Positions 13,501 through 25,300 of a stretch of DNA of 64,000 bases are shown here, piece after piece. Every line of letters begins with the position of its first letter. The stretch's first letter is position 1. Both the position numbers and the translations under genes were made by a program. The notes below the pieces were generated by a model that did not search any database, had not been told where the DNA came from, and was given only the letters and a program-made list of their open reading frames with translations. The DNA comes from Trichoplax adhaerens (taxonomy: Eukaryota; Animalia; Placozoa): assembly GCF_000150275.1 (NCBI RefSeq), contig NW_002060948.1, forward strand, positions 2,534,180-2,598,179, given 5' to 3'.

Positions 13501-15188
13501 TTAGGCAACACAAGAATATGCTACTGAAGCTATTGCAGAGCTTTTAACCTTACCAGAGATACAAGTGAGTAATGAATACTCGAATTTTTGTAGTTATTAG
13601 ATTAAATTAATGTACTAGCACTATCGCCACAATCATTTTAATATCTGGTAAGCCGTACTTTAAAAAAATGATGTACATCTATTTAAATTAGGATCAATTT
13701 GTCGCGATTGGTGGAGTACGAACATTATGTGCTCTTCTCCATGGACGCACGGATAAGATCATTTATGAGGCTGCTACTGCTTTATTCTACTTAATTTCCG
13801 ATAATGATAATAACAAAATGGTTATTGTTGAAGATACAGGGTTAGTTCGCATTTTGATTAATCTGTTCATACTTCATAAATACACTAATTCACTTTATAA
13901 TATTTTGCCTCTATTGATTTTAATTTTCGCTGATTTAAAATCTAACACGTCTTACAATTTATTTAGCTTGGATGACTTAGCCCATGCCTCTATGAAAGGT
14001 AATACATATTTAAGTATACATCTTTCTCGTAATAATGTACTAATTTACTGCGGAGTAATCACCGTTTACAATATATAAACTTATATTGTAATCGTTGATC
14101 TCTTTAGCATATTTTATGCCTAATACATCATATCAAAACCCACGTGATAATGCTATTACGCTATCTTATAAAGCTAATAACAACAGTTAACTTACATGTA
14201 TTAGCTTAGTTTGGCTCACAAGTAAGATCATAGGTGATCGAATTCTTCTATTTTTATATGACTAGATAATATTAAGACTGCTAGAGTACTGGCTGGTGTT
14301 TTCCTAGAACTTCTATCCTATAATGCGGATTTACGAGAAATTATTGCTTCGCGAAATGTTGTGGCAGTTGCTTTGGTCCATTTGTGCCAATTAGCGGATT
14401 CAGAAACTCAACAATTATCGCTACAGGCATTAGAGTTAATCGCCATTGAATCTCCTGAAAGTGTCGTAACACAGGAAGACTTGCTACATCATCTAGTTGC
14501 GATGCCAAGACTAACGGAAGACGAGAGGTTACACTTATTATCTGGAAAAATTATGCTCTACTTCGCCGAAAATGAAGAGGTATTTTATTTCATTTGGTGT
14601 CTCCATATACTATTATAATACCTAGTGTAAATGAAAATGGTTATGATATCGAAGTCGGTTTATTTATGATAGTAATTTTCGTCCAAATTTTTACCATTTT
14701 ATTCACTTCTTGATAGGCTTGTTCTGAATTGATCAATGTTGCAAATCTAACCGACACGCTGTTACAATTTGCACAAAGTAATGATTCCGTGTTACAAAAC
14801 GTCGTTAGCAAAATTATTCTGGCTATACTGGAGAATCAAAGAATTACGTAAGTCAGCTGATTGAAACATTTAAGTGTAGAGGATTACCAATAAAAGATAA
14901 TTGAGGAGTAAAAATCTCAGATATCCTGCGATAGATACACCGGAAATTAAGACATAATTTTAAAATATTTCCATATTATTTCTATTCAAATTTAGTCGTC
15001 GTATCCCGTACCTAGGGCTGGATAAAGTCGTCATGTACCTGCAAAGTAATAGCGTTGATCGACATATCTTTGACAATGCTGATGCTGCCTTAAATTTATT
15101 AACGATATATACATCAGAAGACAAAATGGGATCGAGTTTATCCTTAAAATCGGTCGGTAAACCGGGTCAAAGTGGCTACGGAGTTTAG
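10585..15188 (+). CDS. Unrecognised ~616-aa protein: N-terminal ubiquitin-like domain, four predicted TM segments, C-terminal armadillo repeats (17 exons)
   Basis: Hand-assembled phase-compatible GT-AG exons: 10585-10617, 11233-11385, 11513-11572, 11723-11854, 12002-12077, 12223-12301, 12420-12513, 12663-12717, 12804-12886, 12965-13041, 13168-13297, 13505-13564, 13692-13840, 13967-13998, 14266-14579, 14717-14847, 14996-15188 (1851 nt, ends TAG). N-term MMLYVESKAFPRKTFIILCKLTDTIARARSQM...FRFRYRGQYLRDAYTFEDYEIPENAVVKMV follows the ubiquitin pattern. ARM-type repeats include KRNAAFELASFAACSDDNKYKIVSQGGMEVL and DQFVAIGGVRTLCALL...EAATALFYL. Confidence 0.85.
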
Positions 15189-16176
15189 ATTGGCCGTTTT
15201 ACGAATGCTTTTCCTACGCCATACTACCTGCATTTGCATTTCGACGTCAATTACAATTGTACATTGCAAGCTATGACATTTTAACGAAGAAAAAACTGTA
15301 AATGATGTAATTCTATAAGTAGTTAGATTCATTTAACTATTGGAGATTTTTGTTAGGAAATAACGTAGCCTTCCGTTTTTCGTGCCACCTTACTTTCCTC
15401 GAGAAATTACGATCATTGTCTTTTGTAAAGGACTTTTATAATGACAAAATTTTTAATTCACAAAACATTATACATTTGATAAGTCACTTAACTTTTATTT
15501 TATTTCTTATACCTACTACTTAGAAATGATAAATATCTAAATCAAGCCATTCGACTTAGGACTCTTAGTCCGGTCAAACTGTGTTCTTTTGGTAATAATG
15601 ATTAATTACGACACAAAGTGATTTACTATCACAATTGTTAAAGATAATTCCTAACTTTCGAGACGAGTAACAATCCGAGACATCTATCAGCAGTGTTTCG
15701 TTTCTTAATATGACAATTTCTAGCAGTGATGAACTGCATTGATGCGAATAAAATATAATTTACATTAAATTTATCTACTATAAGGCTGATTACAAATAAT
15801 AATAAATGGTTATAAAACTTGATATTTAGAAGATTGTACTATATATATAAATCTTGCAAGTGTATTTAGACACAGTATTCTTATTTGATATAAAATGACA
15901 TAAAGCAAATATAATTGGTATACATTGCAAGCGATACATTTGTCTACAGGCCTGAAATACTGTAGCAACCGTTTCCGTTTTGAATGAGTTATAGTAGGAA
16001 GTGACTACCAATGCGTGTACTATAAAAATTCGTCATGTAAAGCAACATTACATTGTAAAACATTACTGATTGCATAGGTATTACTATAGTTTAGACTATT
16101 CGATAATATTATAAGCTGAGAGTACACTTAAGGAGGGAATATTTAATGAATGTATATTATAAAATTATTTCACGTA

Positions 16177-19100
16177 TTATAATTTATCCTTTTCGTCACT
16201 TTGTTGGTCAAAGTAGCAAATACACATATTATCTTTACCAATGAGCGTAATACAACGTCCTTGAGGGTGCCATTCCAAAGACAGGACTTGAAAAGTAGCT
16301 ATACAATAAATAATTTAGCTGTTTAGGTTGGTTGCTTAGTCTGCAATTGTTAAAAAGTTGTAAGAAATTATACATGATAAACTTCTGCTGATACCTTCAC
16401 AAGGAATATCGACAGACATACATCCAGCTGGAGTCCATACATATATTTTATTATTGCCCGTACATAACGCTAATCTGGTTTCTATTGGGTCCCACGCAAT
16501 CGCTGCAATTGTGCGACAGGGCCCGGTAAGAAATTATTTAATTTTGATATAGCACTTTCAATAAAGCATTTGAAGGAATAATAGTCTTTGAACTACCTTT
16601 CACAGCCGCAGCTTGTATTAGAACCACAGATAACGTAAGTTTCGCTACGCTGTAAAGCCAAACCACCTTGGGCATATTATCTTAAAGATGTTAATCACAT
16701 AAGTATTCCCGTACGAAATATAACATTGTCTAATTTACATAAGTAAATTTATGACTCATTTATTATTACTACTAACCATTAATGGTCGCTAAGTATCTAC
16801 TATCGGCACTGAAAACCATTACACCAACTCCTAGTTTAGGATCCGGTTTTTCAGGGTCTGGTATTACATTCGGAATATTGATTTTCTGGCTTTTATAAAT
16901 TTCATCTACAAGAAAATTTTATTTTCCGCTTAATATTAGCTAGGGTTGAGTTACAGTACTTTTAAGCTTTAAATAATTCTCGGTTACGAAAATTTAAAAT
17001 AATTTACATTTGCTTGGGATAGCAAACTTATTCGATACTGCTGGAGCAGATTGTAAGGGTTGGGATGCAAATGGTCGCTTTTCGGTTTCTTTATAAACTA
17101 CCTAAATTACACAGTAAAAAATATCTACCTCAGATAATTTTATGGTCGGCGATACATATGCTGATAAAATAATAAAAGTAATTCTAAAGTTTTAAATAAT
17201 TTTCCGTTAGTACCAAATATTTATAACTAACCACTTTCTCGGAATCAACCGATGTAGAATGTAAAAATCGAGCAACAGGTTTCCATGTTATATTGTTCAA
17301 TAATCGAACCTATAGTACATGAACATCATAAGCTTTATTTCTATTTATACGTTGATGTTTGGGCTAATATTTATAACATCTTTTAGTCTGATTGAAGATT
17401 TCCATTGACGCTTGACATAAATTTACCATTTGATCATAACTACCAATAGAAAGGAATTGACCCGACGGCGACCAAGCTACTGATTTGATTCCTAAAGCGT
17501 TATCATAAGCTGAGTACGACATCAGTGGCCTTCCATCCAAAGAATAGAGGAGTACTTTGTACTATCACACCGAATGTTTCTTGGTTAGGTAAAATAGATT
17601 GTCGAACTGTGGTAATTGTTTATCTTACATCTAACACGGAATCCCAAACGCATAGAATATGCCCATTCGAGGACCAAGCCAGTCCAGCCATATCGTTGGT
17701 ATCAATTTGAAAGTTCTAAAGACGTAATATTATGGATAAATTACGACAAAAGCTGCTAGTTACTACTGGTTATAAATTTATAACAATAAAGAGATATTTC
17801 GCATAGCAAAATTGAGATAAATTTGTGGAATGTCATCGATTTACTTTCAAAAGGTTCCAAGACTTGCAAGCTAATATGCTGATATGATCTTTACAATCAC
17901 GGCGTTCAGCTAAAGCCATGTAGCAACCGTCCGAGGTAAAATTAATAGCTAGAATAATAATATACGTATAGTTAAAATAGTTATTCGCTTAACGCCAAAA
18001 AGCAATCACGTTTATAAATACATAACTGCCACATTTTTAGAGTGGCAAATGAGCGCAAATAGCTGTTTTCAATTCATTGAAAGTACGTTTCAAGAATTAA
18101 GATTAAATTTTTCTGTTTCCATTATAGAATGGATTAATAAACAACCTAAGGCATCTTACGGTAAATTGGTGTAATAATGTAACCAAAGCATGAATTACGA
18201 TATAAGTCGCGAAACCATCACAGTATATTCATCAACATCAATACGAAATTTTAATGTAATATACTACTTCTAGAAGGTTATGATATAGAGAACTTAAACA
18301 CGGGTGATGCTGTAGTTAAACCTTATATTCTTGTTATTTTAAAAAAAATACTTCAAAAAATTTTAAGATACAGCTTATGAATAGCAATGACATCGTTAAA
18401 AGAGATTACTTAATAGTAGCAACTATATCCTACAACCTTTCGGTATACTTTTTGGAAATTTCAGGTACGACACTGACTTATTGACTAATGACCAAACCGT
18501 TATACGAAGCTATGAAAAGAAAAAATTACTTCATCAGCAATATCTAACGTTGTAAACTGTAAATTTTGATCACAGGTAGTGACATTAATATATAGCCAAT
18601 GGAGTATCGCTTTACATGTCAATAAGAGCATCCTTCAATTATCTAACCCTAAACCTACAGAGAATTCAGCAGTTGACAAGATGTGGCGAGAATCGGGACT
18701 AAATACAGCTGATTGCAAGCCAGCAGCACCTTCATCAATCTTGCAGGTCCATTCTGGTTGATTCAATGACCAGACCTTACATAGACAATCATTATGGCAA
18801 ATAAGATTAATCCCACAATGAAATACAATTATTAATTGATACCTTCGCCGATACGCTCTACCACATACGTATTTCAATCGCTATTAAGAAATGTATAATA
18901 TTATCTACACTTAATTATTAGGTATAGTACTGTACATATTGCATCCAAGCAATAGTTTGATAGTAAACATTATTCCACAGTTGATATTGCAAAATCAGAA
19001 GGCACTAGAAGGTAATTAATGTTACAGATATAGACTGAAGATCCACACGCGTTTTTATCTTAGTGATTGAGTAACTGTCTGGCGCAAATTACAGTACCTG

Positions 19101-20647
19101 TATAAGGGAACGCTTATACATTCCACATAATATCAGTTGAGAGTCAGGCGACCACTAAAATAAGTTGATATAAATTAGATTAATCAGCTGCTTATTAATT
19201 GTCCATGGAAATTGATTTATAATGAATTATAACAAGATCTTCACTGGATATTTTGTCCAATAATCACTTTATAGTGATAGCTATCTAAAAAATAGTTTCT
19301 TTTAATGTCTACGTAACTGCGCAAAGTTCCCGATTATAACATATTCGAAATCTTGGCAATAATAGAACATAACAATATAAAATTTGATAATAGCAATTAC
19401 CTGTATATGTTCAATAACATCTAAGCAGGCAAATAAGTTACTAATCTGCAACTGTTGGCAGTCGCGGATTACTAATTTGTACTGCACACCATTAGCCTAC
19501 AATTAGATGAATAAATGAGAATCGACATTAAGGGTTAGATCGGCTCTCGTAATACTTTTAAAATAAAGTAATATGGTACGTTACAGTTACTATCCTGGAT
19601 TATTGTGCGTTGCTACAGTATTTGCAATAAAAGTCGTAATACTATATTTAAATATGTACCTATTTCATAACAGTACGTATATGGTAGGCTGATTGAATTA
19701 TTTCAGGCATAATTTTAAGTAATGAGATCTTAATTAAATAAAGAGTCTAATTGAATATAGTAATATGCCCGTAATGCAGTATTACGAAGGTTTTGCAATA
19801 TTTAATGAATACTGTATGTACATTGATGCAAAACTGATCAAACTGTTTACGTTCATAGGGGACTATCCTTTTCGGTAGATACATCGTTTCGTGTCACTAC
19901 AACTACAGAAGCTATCCACAATTGCTAAGTCCTAAATTATAGTATCATTCTACCATTACACAATATATTGTGCGGTATACTATAGTATAACTGTTACGAT
20001 GACTTCTGACTAAAAGAAGATCTTGCCCATTCCATTCGAATATCTACCCTCGTGATGCACTACTGCTCGTCTCTAAATCAATTACATACACGTATTATTA
20101 TTGATTCAACCACTGAAAGAGGAACATTAAGCTATCAAGCATAAAAGTGTATATCATTAACAAGTGTAAGTCCGACTGGGCTTATTCTGTCTAAACACTA
20201 CACGGATAACGAGGTAAGCCTTTAAAATACGTGAAACACGCACGTATTAAGAATGTACTACTTAAACTTAGCGAAAGCAACATCAATTAATCAATCCTTA
20301 ATGATGCAGTTGAAGTAGCCTATTCGCGATCAAATCTGTTTTAATGAGTAAATTGATAGTGATATGTAATATAGAAGCAGCATGCATTCAGGATGAGGAA
20401 TTTACCATTCGACAACAGGATCTGTAAGTACAGTGCAGTAAACAACAAATTACATTGGGCATTGTTGATGTTTTCCGCTCTATTTCTTCTTCAATTTTGG
20501 ACCTCAATTCTGTTCGATATATCATCGAAACAAGTTTAAAATCAATTTCTATTCGGTATTTAAGGTATAGCAACTTACCACAAATTGTCCATTGGGAGAA
20601 AATTTGCAGAGTCCTCTATTCTGTTTAAATAATTCGGAGAAATTCAT
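16177..20647 (-). CDS. WRAP73: WD-repeat protein WRAP73/WDR8 (centriolar/ciliogenesis), multi-exon
   Basis: Starts [23 protein letters not shown]. Exons encode [81 protein letters not shown]. Ends [20 protein letters not shown]. Donors checked were GT. Confidence 0.92.
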
Positions 20648-20810
20648 GCCGACTAATACTGTCTGCTTGGATTTTTCACCTCCTGCAGCCTATCAATTCA
20701 AGGTGGCGGTGACTGAGATCAATATTTCAATATACACTGGTACAGTAGATAGTCCAGTATTATACACTACCCTCGCTTATTGTACCAGGCTTGGCAGAGC
20801 TTATACATTG

Positions 20811-20822
20811 CAATATGGCGGC
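20811..20822 (+). promoter_or_regulatory. YY1-type motif CAATATGGCGGC upstream of WRAP73
   Basis: Matches the CAANATGGCGGC consensus, about 165 bp from the WRAP73 ATG. Confidence 0.45.
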
Positions 20823-20845
20823 AATTTTAATTTTAAATTCCGCTA

Positions 20846-20948
20846 TTACAGTGTACAGTACATAGTATTGTAATCCATGTACTGTACTGTATTGTACTGT
20901 ATACAGTACGGTACACTGTAGAGGTAAGAAGGCTACTGTACTGTACTA
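20846..20948. repeat. TAC(A/T)G pentamer cluster upstream of WRAP73
   Basis: TACAGTGTACAGTACA...TACTGTACTGTATTGTACTGTATACAGTACGGTACACTGTA...TACTGTACTGTACTA. Confidence 0.75.
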
Positions 20949-22382
20949 TATTAAGTCCGTCCTTTCCAGGCTTCCGGGCATAATTATTTATTATATTTAT
21001 TTATTATTTAAATGACATAACTCTGTTTGAGATATCGACGTAAGACGCAAATGGTCAAGATTGTGTAATTTGAACATATAGCTTATCACTACTGCTAAGA
21101 TGAAATTAAATTAATAATATTATAGACCACTAAAACCATAACCAATATTATACGCGTAAAAATAAATAAAGATTCTGATGGTCTACCATATACTGTACAG
21201 TACAGTGTAATTAATATATTAACAAGACGATTATTATTATTTATAGAATATAATACTGTGGTCTATGTTCATATATATATATATATATATTGATATTTGT
21301 AGAAAGTACGTATTACATTATAATATCTGATAGAATAATGTACGACGCATAAATATATATATAATATAGTGGGCGATGAAAGCCATACTGAATCAATGAT
21401 AGTTCTATTAGTAAGAGTGCACAGTACCGTTATCGTTATTTATATATTTATTTTGGAGATAAATTATCGCAAGATCTCTGGTACTGGCCACTAGTAGCGT
21501 GCACATACATTTAGATGTGATAATACGTTCACGTACTATCAATTCATGACACTCAACTTTCCGAAATTGTTTAAAACGCTGTTGTGCAATGATGAATATA
21601 CTGCTACAGTAGTACTTATCGTGGGTATACTGGCCCGTTACACAACACTAGAATACTATAAGCGTATAATAGATTTAATCTAAGAAATATTAAATTTGCA
21701 ATTAAGTTGTACAGTATAACTACTGTCACGGAAAACCACAAAATGATTCGTACAGATAAAAAATTTTATTCTAGTATCATGCCAATATCAATTCGATAGT
21801 TAATAATAAGTTCTACACGTTAGATGCCATGAATTGCTATGACGGTATTGATCATGATCTTACTTACAAATGCCCTACGTATTCTGACGCTAGCAATTAA
21901 TTATTTATAATACAGCATATCAACGTCGCGTATAAAGTATTACGGGTTTACAGTAAGTTAAGTTTGACTTGTCAACAAATACCAGAGTATATAAAAATAA
22001 GATGCCACTATCGACTAAGCACTTTAGACAGTAAATTTTCAAAATCATCAACTTGACCTTCAATTAATTACAATCTGGGATTCAAGATTTTTTAGAATGC
22101 ATATGCTAAGATAACGATAGCTCAACGTATTTACATCACTGATACACAAGCTACAAATCAATTTTGTAAGGCATTTTAAAAACGGTCTTCAAATACGTAT
22201 AAAAAATTATTCTTACACAATATGGAACAAAGTATCACCTTACATTAATTTCATTCTTATATGTCACCACCACTATTCAATATATTTGCAAAATCCTCAT
22301 TTATCAATCAGTACTATAAATTTGGCCGTGAATTTCTAGCCGCACTAAGTATCTGCAGCATCATTTTTCGTATGAAATATTA

Positions 22383-25300
22383 TCATTCGTGCTTCGTTTG
22401 ATGGTCTCGATTTCTATTGTGTTTGTTTGCCATGGATCGAGTATTCTTCATAACCTATAATAACACGTAGGTAACAAAAAATATTGATAAAAATCATTAG
22501 AAATAATATATGTAAACATTTCATAAAAAGATAATATACATCTTAACGTTTTACACGTTCTTACTTGCAGCGGAACAAACGACTGATGTGGTCTGGGATT
22601 ATTCTGTGGAACGGTTTCGACAGGCATTCTGAGGTGATGATAATAACTGGGATCAACTCTAGGGAAACCATATCCATACATTGGATACATAGGTATGTTA
22701 ACGTTTGGCGGCATAGGCATATAATGCATAGGCGGACGAAAAATATTGTTTATCGGTGTTCTAGGATGGGGTTGTCTGACCGTGGGAGGTGCCGTTGTCA
22801 TTTGGGGTACTGGGAAGTTAGCCCTGTTACTAGCCTGAGAAACTTTTACTGAAGAAATATTGCGCACTCCGATTGACTTCAATTGCTCCGTTAAAGTAGA
22901 AACAGCACTAGGCTGCACCAGGTTAGGCTTATTAGGTTCATCAGTTGCATTATCAGATGATTCAGAAGGCTTAAAGGCACCAGTTTCATTGATTTCAGCA
23001 TCAATTTCAGTCGTTAATTTCGTGTCAGATTGTTCGTGCTGTCTGCGCAATCGCAATTGATTTTCCTAAAATAGGTGCATAAAAAACAAGTTTATAAAAA
23101 GAGGACGCCATGTTTAGTTTGATTTATTATAACTGTCGTCGTATTACTAAATATTGTAGAGCTTGAAGCGAAGCGGTGCTATAAGCTTCTTTTAATTCAA
23201 GGCTAGGAGATGGGCTGCTAAATTGGATTCCGTCGTCCAGCTCTATAACTCCAATCATACCCTAAGGAAAACAATTTTGTTTAATTTTTTTAATATATAA
23301 TATAGTATATCGTTAAATCAACAATATTTTCAGATGATAGACCACACATACATCCTTCGTTTTGTAGCACCTAAATATAGGAGGGGAACGACCATTTTGT
23401 AGGCAGAAATTTCGAACTGCGTCGATCGGATTTCCATGTTGCCTTAGGTAGAAAAAAATTTATATTTTCGTGTAATAAATGCAGACTTTAATGGGTACTT
23501 AGCTATTACAATATAAGATGAGTTTCGCACTTACAGTGATTTCACAATTTCTGAAATTTTTTTCGTATTAGTATTGCCTGAGTTGAAGCGCAAGCGCAAA
23601 AACGTTATCTATAATGTTATTTTGGTTAAGAAAAAAGGTTAAATACTATGATTAAGACCTTTTTCCTGATGTTTGGTTGCCCGTTTTAAAGGCAAGGGCT
23701 GCTCCTTGGTAACTGTAGCCGGAGTATCATTATGATCATCTGTCCCAATTTTTAGTAAACCTTTTATCAGCTGGGTACCACGTGCCTATAAATGTTATGT
23801 AATTTTCAGTGTTTGATAATGGCAATCAGTAATCAAATCTGTACTTACAGTTGTGTTTGCTTTATCTTTGTTTTGCATTGATTTTGCATTCATATGAGAA
23901 TGTTTGCTATCTTTCATTTCGCCGATAGTTTCTGACCGTGATGCAGTCGTGCTGGGCATAGATAATTCACTGTTGGATAATTTTTCTGCATTGGAACCTT
24001 TCAACAAACATATTAGAAGCATTATGATACTACTTATACTACCATTTAATCGTAAGCTGAACTCCAGTAAATCTGCCTAAAGGTTATGACGACGCAAATT
24101 TTAGAAACTGTTAGTAATGTTCCTGCTGTTTCTACCTTTGCTTCGATGATTTTCTGCCTTCATGTTTTGCCACGCCTGACGTCGCGATTGTACGCCATCA
24201 CCTAATCAAAGTAATCGCGTATCTATAGTTGTGCTACTCATCTACGGCCAATAAATTTTCGAGTAAACTGTGACTTACTGTAGATAAATTAAGAGAAATT
24301 ATAACTACCTATATCTTTACTTTCATCCGGCTTCTTAGCGGCATTCATAGATTTGTTTTCGACAGGATCATTGCGTCCGACACGTTTCGTAGTTGTTTTA
24401 TGAGACGTTCGGTTTTCTTTCAAATTTGGTGACTTTTTAAATTGAGAATTAGGTCCATTGTACTTTCCCTTGCGCATACCGTATGTTAAATTTAGTAAAT
24501 TGTATGTGGCCATTCTGTACCCCCTTCTATCCGAACATCTAAATCAATGGATTTCATGAGTTAATTGCTGCGTGCCAAAGCGATTTTAAAATTTATTATA
24601 CTAATACGGCAACGACATTCTCCAAATTATGTAGATCAAGATGAATAATGTAAATAGACAAAATACCTTAACGACATCCCGCCAGGAAATGATATGTCAA
24701 ATAAAACATCACATACAATTGAGCTACTCTCTATATTTTCCTCGTTATAAACTCCTATCACTGTGCCTTTGCATCCACAAGGAACGGCAATTCCTTGCTT
24801 AATATTAACAACTCGATCGTACAGTTGAAAGTCGGCATCAGAATTTGGGGAAACTTTTCCTATTCCAGCGTATGGCTATTGAAAACAATTTACAACAGTG
24901 TATTAGATTTAATATCAATCATAATAGTGTAAGAAAGACTAAAAATACCTTAAAGATTATATTTGGTTTCACATAAACTTGTATAATTTGTGCTTTATGG
25001 TTCTCTTGCTATTTAAAAGGTTATAAATTCTATATTAATGTTTAGTTGAAAAATCATCCCTTTGCATGTTATAGCATATACGATAGTAATTGCGATAACA
25101 GGATAGACGCCACTCTTACCGTAAATTTTTCTACACAATTTTCTATTTCTGTCACCACTTCTGCTTCTAAAACATAACTTCCACAGTTTACCTGTCTACT
25201 TAACAGATTTGGTAATGATTGTAACCATTGTCGTAATTCTTCCAACATTTCTTGACTGAAAAAAAAATGAACAAATTACGTTACATTACTGAGATATAGA

